Of a DNA stretch of 64,000 nucleotides, positions 38,432-50,522 are shown piece after piece. The stretch is from contig MU053652.1 of NCBI GenBank assembly GCA_013239625.1, positions 1,116,001 through 1,180,000 on the forward strand. The letters run 5' to 3'. Source of the stretch: Lama guanicoe. Its lineage: Eukaryota. How positions within the stretch are numbered: the first letter of the stretch is position 1; each line of letters begins with the position of its first letter. The notes under the pieces are model-generated. The model had not been told where the DNA came from and did not search any database. It worked only from the letters and a program-made list of their open reading frames with translations. The position numbers and the translations under genes were made by a program.

Positions 38432-39624
38432 CAAAATGGATTAAAGACTTAAACATAAGACAAGATACAATAAACCTCCTAGACGAAAACATAGGCAAAA
38501 CATTATCTGACATACATTTCAAAAATTTTCGCCTAGAAGAAATAAAAGCAAGAATAAACAAATGGGACCTAATGAAACTTACAAGCTTCTGCAGAGCAAA
38601 GGAAACCAGAAATAAAACAAGAAGAAAACCTACGGAATGGGAGAAAATTTTTGCAAGTGAAACCGACGAAGGCTTGATCTCCAAAATATATAAGCAGCTC
38701 ATACGACTCAATAAGAAAAAAATAAACAACCCAATCCAAAAATGGGCAGAAGACCTAAACAAGCAATTCTCCAAGGAAGACATACAAATGATCAAAAAGC
38801 ACATGAAAAAATGCTCAATATCACTAATTATCAGAGAAATGCAAATCAAAACTACAATGAGGTATCACCTCACACCAGTCAGAATGGCCGTCATTCAAAA
38901 ATCCACAAATGACAAATGCTGGAGAGGCTGTGGAGAAAGGGGAACCCTCCTACACTGCTGGTGGGAATGCAGTTTGGTGCAGCCACTATGGAAAACAGTG
39001 TGGAGATTCCTCAAAAGACTAGGAATAGACTTACCGTATGACCCAGGAATCCCACTCCTGGGCTTGTATCCAGAAGGAAATCTACTTCAGGATGACACCT
39101 GCACCCCAATGTTCATAGCAGCACTATTTACAATAGCCAAAACATGGAAACAGCCTAAATGTCCATCAATAGGTGACTGGATAAAGAAGAGGTGGTATAT
39201 TTATACCATGGAATACTACTCAGCCATAAAAACCGACAACATAATGCCATTTGCAGCAACATGGATGCTCCTAGAGAATGTCATTCTAAGTGAAGTAAGC
39301 CAGAAAGAGAAAGAAAAATACCATATGAGATCGCTCATATGTGGAATCTAAAGACTCATGGACAGAGAATACAGACTTGTGGTTACCGGGGTGGGGGGTA
39401 GAGGGTGGGAAGGGATAGACTGGGATTTCAAAATTGTAGAATAGATAAACAAGATTACACTGTATAGCACAGGGAAATATACACAAAATGTTATGATAAA
39501 TCACAGAGAAAAAAATGTGACAATGAGTGTGTATATGTCCATGAATGACTGAAAAATTGTGCTGAACACTGGAATTTGACACAACATTGTAAAATGATTA
39601 TAAATCAATAAAAAATGTTAAAAA
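38432..39624 (+). mobile_element. Young 5'-truncated L1; ORF2 C-terminal frame open to 39351
   Basis: KWIKDLNIR...[18 protein letters not shown] (Cys-rich domain)...[10 protein letters not shown]; perfect 15-bp TSD aagaaatcaactgca at 38417-38431 and 39625-39639. Confidence 0.97.
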
Positions 39625-41519
39625 AAGAAATCAACTGCATTGCCTTTGTTTATGCAGTACATTCAGTTTATGATTATGATGTGTTATTTTCTAGTGCCAT
39701 ATTTTATCCACAAGGCTAGCAGGACCCACTTAAAAATTATCGCCTTCTGTTACGTCTGGGTCCAGATTACAAACTCAATCTTCGTTCTCCGCCAAGATCT
39801 CCAGCTACTGCTAACCTTGGCCAGCTGTCTCCCAGAATCAAGCCCATGGCTGCAGAGAAACCTGGCGAGTGCCTGCCAGGAATTCTATGGACAATTATCC
39901 CCATTTTTGGATAAACAACTGAGAGCACAGATCTGCAGAGGATGGGATGGTTTAAAAGTTTTGTTCTTCAAAAAAAACTTCATCCTCATGTTCAAATGAA
40001 AGAAATACCATTTCTGCTTAGATTTGATATTCATCAACAATTCCAGGTCCCCCACAGCTTGCCTGTGTTCCAAGGCTTGACAGTCAGACCTGCCCCTGGG
40101 TGGGAAAGGGGAGGAAGCCCATCACTGTCCTTTTCTCCACAAAGGGGCCCAGACCCCAGAAACAGGGCAAGGGCGTGGCAGGATCCGTTCTTTCATCTTT
40201 TCACCTTGAAGTCCAAAAACACATCTTTTCGTTATTTGCTGGCTTTGTTGGTTGATTTGTTTTAGACTTTTAGAAATTATAAAACATGTTTATATTCTTT
40301 TCAAATGATATTATAGTGTGTACAGCAAAAAGCCCCATTCATCACCTCACCTCCCCTACTCCCTCTCAAAAGTAACCAACCTAACAGTTTTGTGAGTGGA
40401 CATTGATTTCCGATTTTCTATACACTTACAGTATACATATCAACACTTGTACATACATCCGTGCTTTTTACAAAGCTTCTTAAGTTGAAGAAAACACTGG
40501 AATTTTCCAATTCTTTTTATACTTCTGATGGCAGAGGTGTACAAGTATTCCAAAATGCGAAAACTAATAAAACTCTGAGTGCAAATTCCATAGAACTTTC
40601 TAGAGAGGTTGCTGGGCTGGCAGTGAGCACAAACTTAACATGTGACACATAGGAGCCTTTACCCCATTATCCAAAAATAATCCTTTTCAGGAAATGAGGT
40701 GGATGCTTCTAGAATTCTTTATAAACCCTGATAGTGTTTTGACTATTCCTGGTAAAGAGGAACAAATACACAGAAAGATATTTTATTGTTGTTAACATTA
40801 TATTGTTAGTCGGGAAAAGAGGTGACAAGAGAACATATTTATTTTGATGCATTTTTTTTTTTGGAGAAAAGTATTTTTTGTCTCTAAGATAGACATTGAA
40901 ATATGACTTTTCACTTTGTTCCTTATATTTTTTGAACTGTCTAAATATCTTACATTGACCATGAATTAACTTTTCATTGTGTGGTAAGGGGAAGGCTGAG
41001 AATAGAAGTCACCCTCAGGTGGCTGAAATTATTCTGTAACCCAGAGGTCAGCAGGAGCCTGCACAGCCGGAGAGGATTAAGCAAGATTGCTCTGAATCCC
41101 CAGCTCCATCACCTCAGGCGGTCCCTGGCTTTCTGCTGCTGATTCTGCCTGACCTCTGCCTCCAGCTCTGGTGTCCCCAGGTTGGCTTTATCTGCCCCAC
41201 ATCAGCACTGAGGTAACCTCCATCTTCCACGCTACCTTCCCCAGCACCTAGGCTCACAACAGGTATGTAGTAGGTTTGGGTGGACTTTTCTGAAGCTGTG
41301 AAGTTCATGGAGAGGGGTCACACAACAGGATATGCCAACTCTGACTACGGTCCTCCATCTCTGACTCCAGTCTTTCTCCACCCAGCTCTTAACCCACTTC
41401 TCTCCCCTTTCACTTTCTCCCCACCCTTCCCAAACCCTCCATTTGGGAGCAAAAATGTCTGTCTTTGTCTTACACAAAGTGTGTTTTCAGCCTTCTCTGA
41501 AACCTTGACTTTAGCCAGT

Positions 41520-42038
41520 ATGGTTTTTTGTTTTGTTTTGTTTTCTGGGTTTTTTTTTTAATTTTTATTGAAATATAGTTGACTTACAATGTTGTGTTAG
41601 TTTCTGGTGTACAGCAAAGTGATTCAGTTTTAAAATATATATATGTATATATATATATATATATATATGTACTTTTTCATATTCTTTTCAACTATGGTTT
41701 ATTACAGGATATTGAATGTAGTTCCCTGTGCTATACAGTAGGACCTTGTTGTTTGTCTATTTTATGTTTAGTAGTTGTATCTGCTAATCCCAAACTCCTA
41801 ATTTATCCTCCCTCAAATCCTTTCCCCTTTGGTAACCATAAGTTTATTTTCTATATCTGTGAGTCTGTTTCTGTGTCATTAATAAGTTTGCTTGCGTCAT
41901 ATTTTAGATTCCACAGATAAGTGATATCAAATGGTATTTGTCTTTATCTTTCTAACTTACTTCACTTAGAATTATAATCTCTAAGTCCATCCATGTTGCT
42001 GCACATGGCATTATTTCCTTCCTTTTTTTTTTAATGGA
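41520..42038 (-). mobile_element. L1 3' end with internal (TA)n
   Basis: Reverse L1 tail; TSD actttagccagt (41508-41519) / acttcagccagt (42039-42050). Confidence 0.9.
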
Positions 42039-42939
42039 ACTTCAGCCAGTGTTAATGCCTGTGGAATTTGCCTACATCAAGTGGTAGAATTCTTCCAACC
42101 AAAGTGATTTTTTTCATGGGAATGAATTTGCTACCAGCAGATTAAATAACGTATTTTATTCGTTTTGTTAACTAGAGATAGGCCTCCAAATTCTACTTTA
42201 GAATTGAGAGATTAGATAATAATTTCAAATTTCTATCTCTCTAAAAACTTTTGAGCAGACCTCCTAGTGGAACACCAATTTGCTTAATTTTATTTCCCCC
42301 AAATCACCCTCTAGTTGTAAGTTAGCAGTCATTGAAGGGTGATCTACTTGAGACAACCTGGGACTGGCTAGAGGAGCGTTGGGGACCTGGTAAGAGAATG
42401 CCTCATGACCTCGGGAGCTGGCCCATCTGCAAAGCCCATCCCTGATGTATTGCCACCTAGCAAGAAACATTTTTTGGGCATGGTGTGTCCAGTGCTGCGC
42501 AGGCCACCATTGTTACAAGAGCTTCTGAGAAAGCCAGGCTTGTCAGGGTCAGGCAGTGGTCAGGCACCAGGGCAGCCATCACACAATGTGATGAGGTGGA
42601 TGTGAGGTAGGGCTGGACTGTGCAGAGGCAAGTCTCCATCCCAGAGCAGAGATGGGTTGGAGGAAACCAGGGAATCTCAGTTCCCGGGCAGCAGGCAGAG
42701 TCCAGGGACAAACTCCAGTCCTGAGGGAGACTGAGTTACTCAGCAGGGAAAATGCTGAGAAGTGAGGAGGATGGAACGGTGCTGGAGCCCAGCTTTTCAG
42801 ACTAAGCCAGCATGGGGAGGGATTAACTGTCACAGGGAGCATCCTTAGGGGGACCAAGACTTGAGATGGTCTGGAGGAGACTGGCTCAGTGAGAGAGGCC
42901 TTGTCTTTCCAGGCCTCTGGATTCCAGATCTAGAAGAGT

Positions 42940-44222
42940 AATTGTTTCAGTTACTCTGGCTATGGCAACAAAATTACCCTGTAACTTTATGACTTGAAGC
43001 CATACAATGTTCATTTTTGCTCACCAATCTGTAATCTGGGCAGGGCTGGGCAGTGGAAGCTCATTTCTGCTCCATTGAGCATAGCTGGGATCATCTGAGG
43101 TCTCACTCACTCCCAGGTCTGGCGGGGGTGCTAGCTGGGAACTTAGTTGGGACAGTTAGCTGCAACAACCACAGGTGGGCTCTGCATACAACCAGGGCTT
43201 CCGTATGGCTTGGTGTCTGGGTTCCATGGCCTGGCATCTTGAGAAAGAAAGAGCCAGGCAGACACTATATTGCTTTCAATGAACTGATGTCCCTTCTGCT
43301 GCATTCTATCCAACAAGACTGTTGGTTGCAAAGTCCCAACCAGTTTCAAGGGGAGAGGAAATAGACTCCAATTCCTAAGAGGGAGTGTTGAAGCTCTGGG
43401 GGAATAACAGCACATGATGGAAATAACCTAAATGTCCATCAACAGATGACTGGATAAAGAAGTTTTGGTATATTTATACAATAGAATACTACTCAGCCAT
43501 AAAAAAGAATAAAATAATGCCATTTGCAGCAACATGGATGGACCTGGAAAATGTCATTCTAAGTGAAGTAAACTAGAAAGAGAAAAAATCATTTATCATA
43601 TTATATCACTTATATGTGGAATCTACACACAAAAAAAGACAGATGAAGTATTACAAAATAGGAACAGACTTACAGACATAGAAAACAAACATGGTTACTG
43701 GGGAGGAAGGGGGTGGGAAGGGATAAATTGGGAGATCTGCAGATGCTATTATATATAAAATAGATAAACAAATTTATACTGTATAGCCCAGGAAACTATA
43801 TTCAATATCTTGTAGTAAGCTATAATGAAAAGAATATAAAAATGAATGTATTATGTATATGTATGATTGAATTATTATGCTGTACACCAGAAATTGACAC
43901 AAAATTCTAAACTGACTATACTTCAATTTTTTAAAAAAAATCTCAAAAATACAAACAAAACAAAACAAATCAAAAAAGTACTTAACCTAGGTACTTTCTA
44001 AGTATCAATGAATATGAGCCTGGCCTTGGTGTTGGAAATGGTGTGCAGATTAAAGAATAAAATTGTTTAGCTATTTACTGGCGTTTTTTTAAAAAGAACA
44101 AACAACTTGATGATTAAGGAGGTCAAACTAGTAATTAAAATGGTTTGAGGGCAAAAAAAAGGCATGTGATAGGAATACAGAAAATATTGCTGTGGCCATT
44201 TTTGGAAAATTCCATCTGTCAA
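42940..44222 (-). mobile_element. MLT1-type LTR split by an L1 insertion (pieces about 42940-43415 and 44162-44222)
   Basis: acaaaattaccctgtaac...aatctgtaatctgggcagggc; the end aatattgctgtggccatttttggaaaattccatctgtca resumes after 44160. Confidence 0.7.
43417..43977 (+). mobile_element. 5'-truncated cetartiodactyl-type L1
   Basis: aacctaaatgtccatcaacagatgactggataaagaag...ctgtacaccagaaattgacac...cttcaa plus A-rich tail. Confidence 0.93.
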
Positions 44223-45702
44223 AGTCATAAATAAAATCAGGGCTGTGACAGTAGACATCCTTCTTCTCCTGGTCTGATGGGCTCTGGGACTGAGGTCCAC
44301 TTTATCCTGGGAGGACATGGCATCTAGGGGTGACAGAGGGTGAGGGCTGATTGCCAGCACCCCATCCCAGCTCTGAACGGCAGGAAAAGGCGGAGCAGAG
44401 GAAATAGAGGGAGAAGTAGACAAGAATTCTTCCATCTACTGTTCACAGCTACATTAGCCATTAACTATTGTGATAGAAGTCTGGCATCTCCTGCAGGGAT
44501 TTTGTTTGTAATGAGTCCCTCTCTCAGAACACACAGGCAGCACAATCCTGAAGACGGTACCAGTACAAGATTGATAAGCTTCCTCACAGCTCGAGATTAA
44601 CTATAAATTTCTAATGTGTTGAGGTAAGACACGTCTCCACTTCACAGCAGACAAAGAGACAAACACAATGATCCATGAAAGAAAGAAACAGAGATGCTGC
44701 CCAAGTGAAATGAGCCTTTATATGTCACCTTCTTCACCTTGTGTTTCTGCAGCCGTACCTTCAGACTTGCAGATTGCTGCCTGGGGTTTACTGATGGTTT
44801 CTTTCAGGGATCATTTAAAGTGATTTGTGAGTTGGCAGGGTTTGTATTTCCTGTGCTCAGGATTCAGTTTACAGCATGTAACTTGGGAAGGGGTATCTGG
44901 AGGACTGCTTCCTCATCCAGAAGAGCTGCTACTCTGGGAAGTCAAAGAAGGCTTCAACAGTCCATTGGCAGTTGATGATGCAAGACTTGAGCGGGAGGAA
45001 ATGGCTCCTTGGGATACAGGGTGAGGATGGGGTGAGGGCACAGGGGGTGGCTGCCTCTCTTCCCTCCTGTCAGGCTGCCCCGTGAAGGCGGCCTTGGGAA
45101 CACAGCCTGCATTCCAGGCCCTAGAGGGCAGAACTGATGCTGTGTGCAAGAGGGTTCTGCCTCACATAACCAGGCTGCACATTCTTGTGACTTTTGCATA
45201 TTTTCCTTTTTTCCATGGCTCCAATAAGCTTGCTTCCCAGCGTCCCTCCTGACCCTTTCTTTCTTCTTAGTGGGTGTTTTAATTTACAAATGGATAGCAT
45301 CTCTGGACTTAAAGACACACGCACCGATTTACTGTGGATGCAAATAAGCACACTGAGCATCAAGCTGCTCTCTCTGAAGACACCAGCCTTCACCCTGAGA
45401 TTCACTCAGTCAGCTTGTCCACCCTCAGAGAAAAGGCCCTTTCCCAGGAACCCTCTAAGGGCAGAGCCAGAATGCCCACCTGCCTATTTTTTTTCTTTGT
45501 TCCTTCACCCTACAATTTTCATAAGCAAAAAGGCTTTGCACAGCACTCATTTAATCAGAGTGGCACTGGATCTTATGTTTGTGAATGTAAGACTTTACAG
45601 TCATCAACAGAAGGAAATTCCATTGTACAGTGTGGTTCACTGTCAGAACTGCAAAGAAGTAGTCTAGAGACCAAAATGTAAAGCATATTCAATCCGTACT
45701 GG

Positions 45703-46050
45703 TGTGATGGTCAGTTTTATGTGCGCCTTGGCTAGGTCCCCATTTGTTCAATCACACACTAATCCAGGTGTCCCTGTGGAGGTGTTTTGCAGAATTAGCC
45801 AACATCTACTATTAGCTGACTTTAAGGAAAGGAAGTTATCCTCCATATTGTGGGTGGGCCTCACCTAATCAGCTGAAAGGTCTTAATTGCAAAACTGGGT
45901 TTCTCTAAGGAAAAAGAATTTCTCCTTCAAGAGAAAGGCATCAGCTTCTGCCCCAGAGTTTCCAGACTGCCAGCTCATCCTTCAGATTTCAGACTGGCCA
46001 GTCCCCATATAAACCAATTCCTTGAAATTATCTGTCTGTCTATCTGTCTA

Positions 46051-46118
<68 letters not shown>

Positions 46119-46188
46119 ATAATCCATCCATCCATCCATCCATCTAATCTACTATTTCTGCTTCTCTGGAAAACCCTGACTGATATAA
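45703..46188 (+). mobile_element. MLT2-type (ERVL) solo LTR
   Basis: tgtgatggtcagttttatgtg...tgtgggtgggcctcacctaatcagctgaaagg...tctctggaaaaccctgactgata. Confidence 0.85.
46029..46146. repeat. Compound tetranucleotide microsatellite (TCTG/TCTA)n(TCCA)n inside MLT2
   Basis: Directly visible repeat runs. Confidence 0.95.
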
Positions 46189-48199
46189 CTGGCATTTAGT
46201 GAAAGGCAATAAAGTGGAGACAATTCATAGTCTACAGAAACATTTGTTGACTTTCCCTATCTCCCTTGTCACTTGATCTCCAGTCCTTAATACCCTCATG
46301 CTCTGCAGCTAACCCCCAGCACCCTCTCTGCAGTGTACATACACACAAATGCACAAGCATATGCATATGTGTGTCTCTGTGTGTATGTCTGTATCTTTAT
46401 CTATAACGTCCACAGACTTCCTCTATAACACCACTCCCTCCTCCTCTCTTCCTTTCTCTCCCTCTCCCTCTTCTGCTGGTCTCTCTTGGACTCAACCCAG
46501 GCCCTTCTGGCTCAGATCCATCATCCTCATGCTTCTGCCTCCACTGAGTGGCCCTATCTGCCCAGGGGTGGGCATGGAGAAAAGGCAAGAGGGAATTGCT
46601 GAGAAGACAAGCATGTATGTTTTTGGGGGCAAGAGTGAGGAAAAGAGAATATGTATACTCATATTTTAGTCATTTTTATTCTATGAAGCTTTTCCAAGCT
46701 ACCTTTTTCCCCTAAGCTACTTCTAAATTTAAACAATTTAAAAATTCTCCTGCAATTTTTATAACAACCTATAAGGCTATTTATATATTACCCTTATTTT
46801 AGATGAGGGAGGTATTATTTCTTTTCAGAGATGAGAAACCCAGAATTAGAGAAATTAAAAGTTTTATCCAAGGTCTCCCTTTACGAATCACAAAGTTAGG
46901 CTTAGAACCTAAGGTTTCTGACTCCACTGCATTATTCTGGCTCTCTATAAAAGAGAATGTTCTTGGTTCACATTAATTAATCATTAACAAACATAATCAA
47001 AGACATAAGACTCCAGACGGGCTCAATATGAAGTTGAATCAGACACAATCTCCTCCTTCAAGATACAAGGAAGGAGGGTGGCTGCTGTTACAGAGGCACA
47101 ACAGCCCTGGTTTCTCACCAGAGTTAGGAGAGAGACAGTTTGTTAAGGGACCTTCCCTAGATGTCATCTCCTGCCCACCTTCCCCGCCTTCCTCCTGGGA
47201 CATGGTTGGCACATTTTGCCCCCAATCTGGTGGTTGTACAATCTAGTGAATTCCAGATATGAACTCATAGCTCTCCATGAAAGGTCTGGATCCAGAGTGG
47301 CCGAAGGTGATAGCATTCCTTTGGAAGCATACACAGGCTGTCCCTGGGGTCAGGAGAACTGCTCTGAGGCTCCCTGAGGGCTAGGGAACCAACTTTGGAA
47401 AGAAAAATGTCCAGTAGAAAGAGTAACCTCAGGATGGGTGTGGCAGGAAGACTTCAAAACTCCCTAGAACATCATGGCCTTCTCCCTCCCCCTAGTATTA
47501 CTTTTCTAACTTCTCCTCCTTCTAGTTTCATAATCATATAAAAGATAATTAAAAGCAGAGAACATGATTTTCAAGAGAAATAAGGAGAGGATAAAGAGAA
47601 GGATTATATAAGGCAATAAAATGGAAGAAAGTATTAGAAAGACTCAAATTAGATAACAGCAATTATAAAAAATTGAGAACAAATTTGAAAGATTAACAAC
47701 TAAAAATAGATACAAATGACTTAGAGTAAAAATTCTAATTAGTAGTATAAACCCAAATTATAATTAGTGTTACAAAGTAAAATTATAATTAATTATGCTT
47801 TTTAAAGAATGATAATTAAAAAGTAGAGATAAATAATAGTAAATTAAAAACTGTATCAATTAATATTTTAGAAATGATGAATATACCAGTAGAAAAATGG
47901 GCAAAGAACATGAGCTCACATATGAGGAAATGCAAATACTAACATGGATGTGCAAAAATGCTCAATCATCTAGTAATAACATAAATGCAAATTAACATTA
48001 TGCACTATTGAGTTTTACTTAACAAGTTGGTAACAGTTTGAAAAATGATGATAGTCTGTGTAGTCAAAGATATAAGAAAAAAACCAATTCACATCCTACA
48101 AGTAGAGCTATAAATTTTTTCAGCATACAGACATTAGCAAGACACATGAGGACCTTGAAAATATACATCTTTTTTTTTCAGTTTCTAAAAATCATGCTA

Positions 48200-48852
48200 A
48201 AAATAGAACTACCACATGACCCAGCAATCCCACTCCTGGGTATATATCTAAAAAACAAGACAAAACAAAACAACAGAAAGACATATTTTGAAAAGGTACG
48301 TTCACTCCAATGTTCATAGCAGCATTTTTACAATTACAAAGATATGAAAGCAACCTAAGTGTCCACCAGCAGATGAATGGATAAAGAAGAAGTAGTGTAT
48401 ATATGCAATGGAAAACTACTTACCCATAAGAAAGAATGAAATTTTGCAATTTGCAGCGACATGGATGGACTTAGAGGGCATTATGCTAAGTGAAATAAGT
48501 CAGACAGAGAAAGATAAATATTGTATGATATCACTTATAGGTGGAATCTAAAAAAATGCAACAAACTAATGAATATAACACAAAAAAAGCAGACTCACAG
48601 ATACAGAGAACAAACTAGTGGTTGCCAGTGAAGGGAGGGGAGCAGGTAGGGTCAATATAGGGGTAGGGAATTAAAAGGTACAAACTATTGGGTAGAAAAT
48701 AAGCTGCAAGTATATATTATACAACATGGGGAACATAGCCAATATTTTATAGTGACAATAAAGACAGTATAACCTTTAAAATTGTTAATGACTATATTGT
48801 ACACCTATAACTTATATAATATTGTGCAGCAACTATACTTCAATTAAAAAAT
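48200..48852 (+). mobile_element. L1MA-type 3' end
   Basis: atagaactaccacatgacccagcaatcccactcctggg...tgctaagtgaaataagtcagacagagaaag...caactatacttcaattaaaaa. Confidence 0.9.
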
Positions 48853-48900
48853 TTTTAAATTATGGTAAAATACATGTAACGTAAACTTTGCCATTGTAAC

Positions 48901-49280
48901 TTTTAAAAATATATTTTTATTAAAGTATAGTCAGTTTACAATCTGTCAATTTCTGGTGTACATCATAATGCTTCCGTCATACATGAACATACATATATTC
49001 GTTTTCATAGTCATTTTCCACCAAAAGTTACTACAAGATATTGAATATAGTTCCCTGTGCTATACAGTATGAACTTGTTATCTATTTTATATATACTAGT
49101 TAGTATCTGCAAATCTCGAACTCCCAATTTGTCCCTTCCCACCCCCTTTGCCCGCTGTTTTCTATGTCTGTGAGTCTGTTTCTGTTTTGTAGATAAGTTT
49201 GTTTGTCTTTTTTTTTAGACTCCACATATAAGTGATATCATATGGTATTTTTCTTTCTCTTTCTGGCTTCCTTCACTTAT
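48901..49280 (-). mobile_element. Cetartiodactyl-type L1 tail nested in a minus-strand L1MB-like tail (about 48853-49522)
   Basis: Reverse L1 tail flanked by cattgtaac at 48892-48900 and 49281-49289. Confidence 0.85.
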
Positions 49281-49802
49281 CATTGTAACCATTTTTAAGT
49301 GTAAAATTTAGTGGTCTCAACTGAGTACATTCATATCACTGTGTTATTCTCATCCATCTCCAGAACCCTTTTCATCTTGAAAAACTGAAACTCTAGACCT
49401 ATTAAACAACTCCCCATTCTCCCCTCCCCCAAGCCCCTGGTAACCATTATTCTACTTTCTGTCTCTATGAATTTGATGACTCTAAGTATCTCATATAAGT
49501 GGAATCCTATAGTATTTGTTTTTTAACATACATACTATTGCCCAGTCATTTCATTGCTAGGACTTTATCCTAGGAGATAATCACAAATATGCACAGTGAA
49601 TTACCTACAAGGATCTTCATCAAAGCATTGTCTACGGTGTTTTGAAAATTAGCAAAAGAATCCCTAAGTGCCCAATAGTAGGAAATCTGGTAGATTAATT
49701 GCTTATACAAAGGAATACTATACAATCATTAAAAAGACAAGAACAAGAGAGTCACAATATATTCATCAAAATCCCTAGCAGGCTCAAGAACAGTATATCC
49801 TG

Positions 49803-50522
49803 TGCTGGTGGGAATGCAGTTTGGTTCAGCTACTGTGGAAAACAGTATGGAGATTCCTCAAAAGACTAGAAATAGACTTACCATATGACTCAGGAATCCC
49901 GCTCCTGGGCATATATCCAGAAGGAACCCTACTTCAGGATGACATCTGCACCCCAATGTTCATGGCAGCATTATTTACCACAGCAAAGGCATGGAAACAG
50001 CCTAAATGTCCATCAACAGATGACTGGATAAAGAAGATGTGGTATATTTATACCATGGAATACTACTCAGCCATAAAAACTGACAACATAATGCCATTTG
50101 CAGCAACATGAATGTTCCTGGAGAATGTCATTCTAAGTGAGGTAAGCTAGAAAGAGAAAGAAAAATACCATATGAGAGCGCTCATATGTGGAATCTAAAA
50201 ATGGAATCTAAAAAACAAAAACATAAACAAAGCATAAATACAAAACAGAAATAGACTCACAGACATAGAATACAAACTTGTGGTTGCCAAGGGGTAGGTG
50301 GTGGGAAGAGATAGATTGGGATTTCAAAATTGTAGAATAGATAAACAAGATTATACTGTATAGCACAGGGAAATATATACAAGATCTTATGGTAGGTCAC
50401 AGAGAAAAAAATGTGGCAATGAATATATGTATGTTCATGTATAACTGAAAAATTGTGCTCTACACTGGAATTTGACACAACATTGTAAAATGATTATAAA
50501 TCAATAAAAAATATTTTAAAAA
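49803..50522 (+). mobile_element. Young 5'-truncated L1, same subfamily as 38432-39624
   Basis: [19 protein letters not shown]...; premature TGA at 50109-50111; TSD aagaacagtatatcctg (49786-49802) / aagaacagtatattctg (50523-50539). Confidence 0.95.

Noticed and set aside
38343..38849. 168-aa hydrophobic minus-strand ORF
   Set aside because: Antisense frame of L1 ORF2, a common artefact.
38392..39351. 319-aa ORF as a host or domesticated gene
   Set aside because: It is a 5'-truncated L1 ORF2 fused by chance to a few flanking codons; no promoter or splice evidence.
45194..45681. Overlapping 157-aa and 115-aa ORFs
   Set aside because: No homology recognised and no gene context; lengths are plausible by chance in 64 kb.
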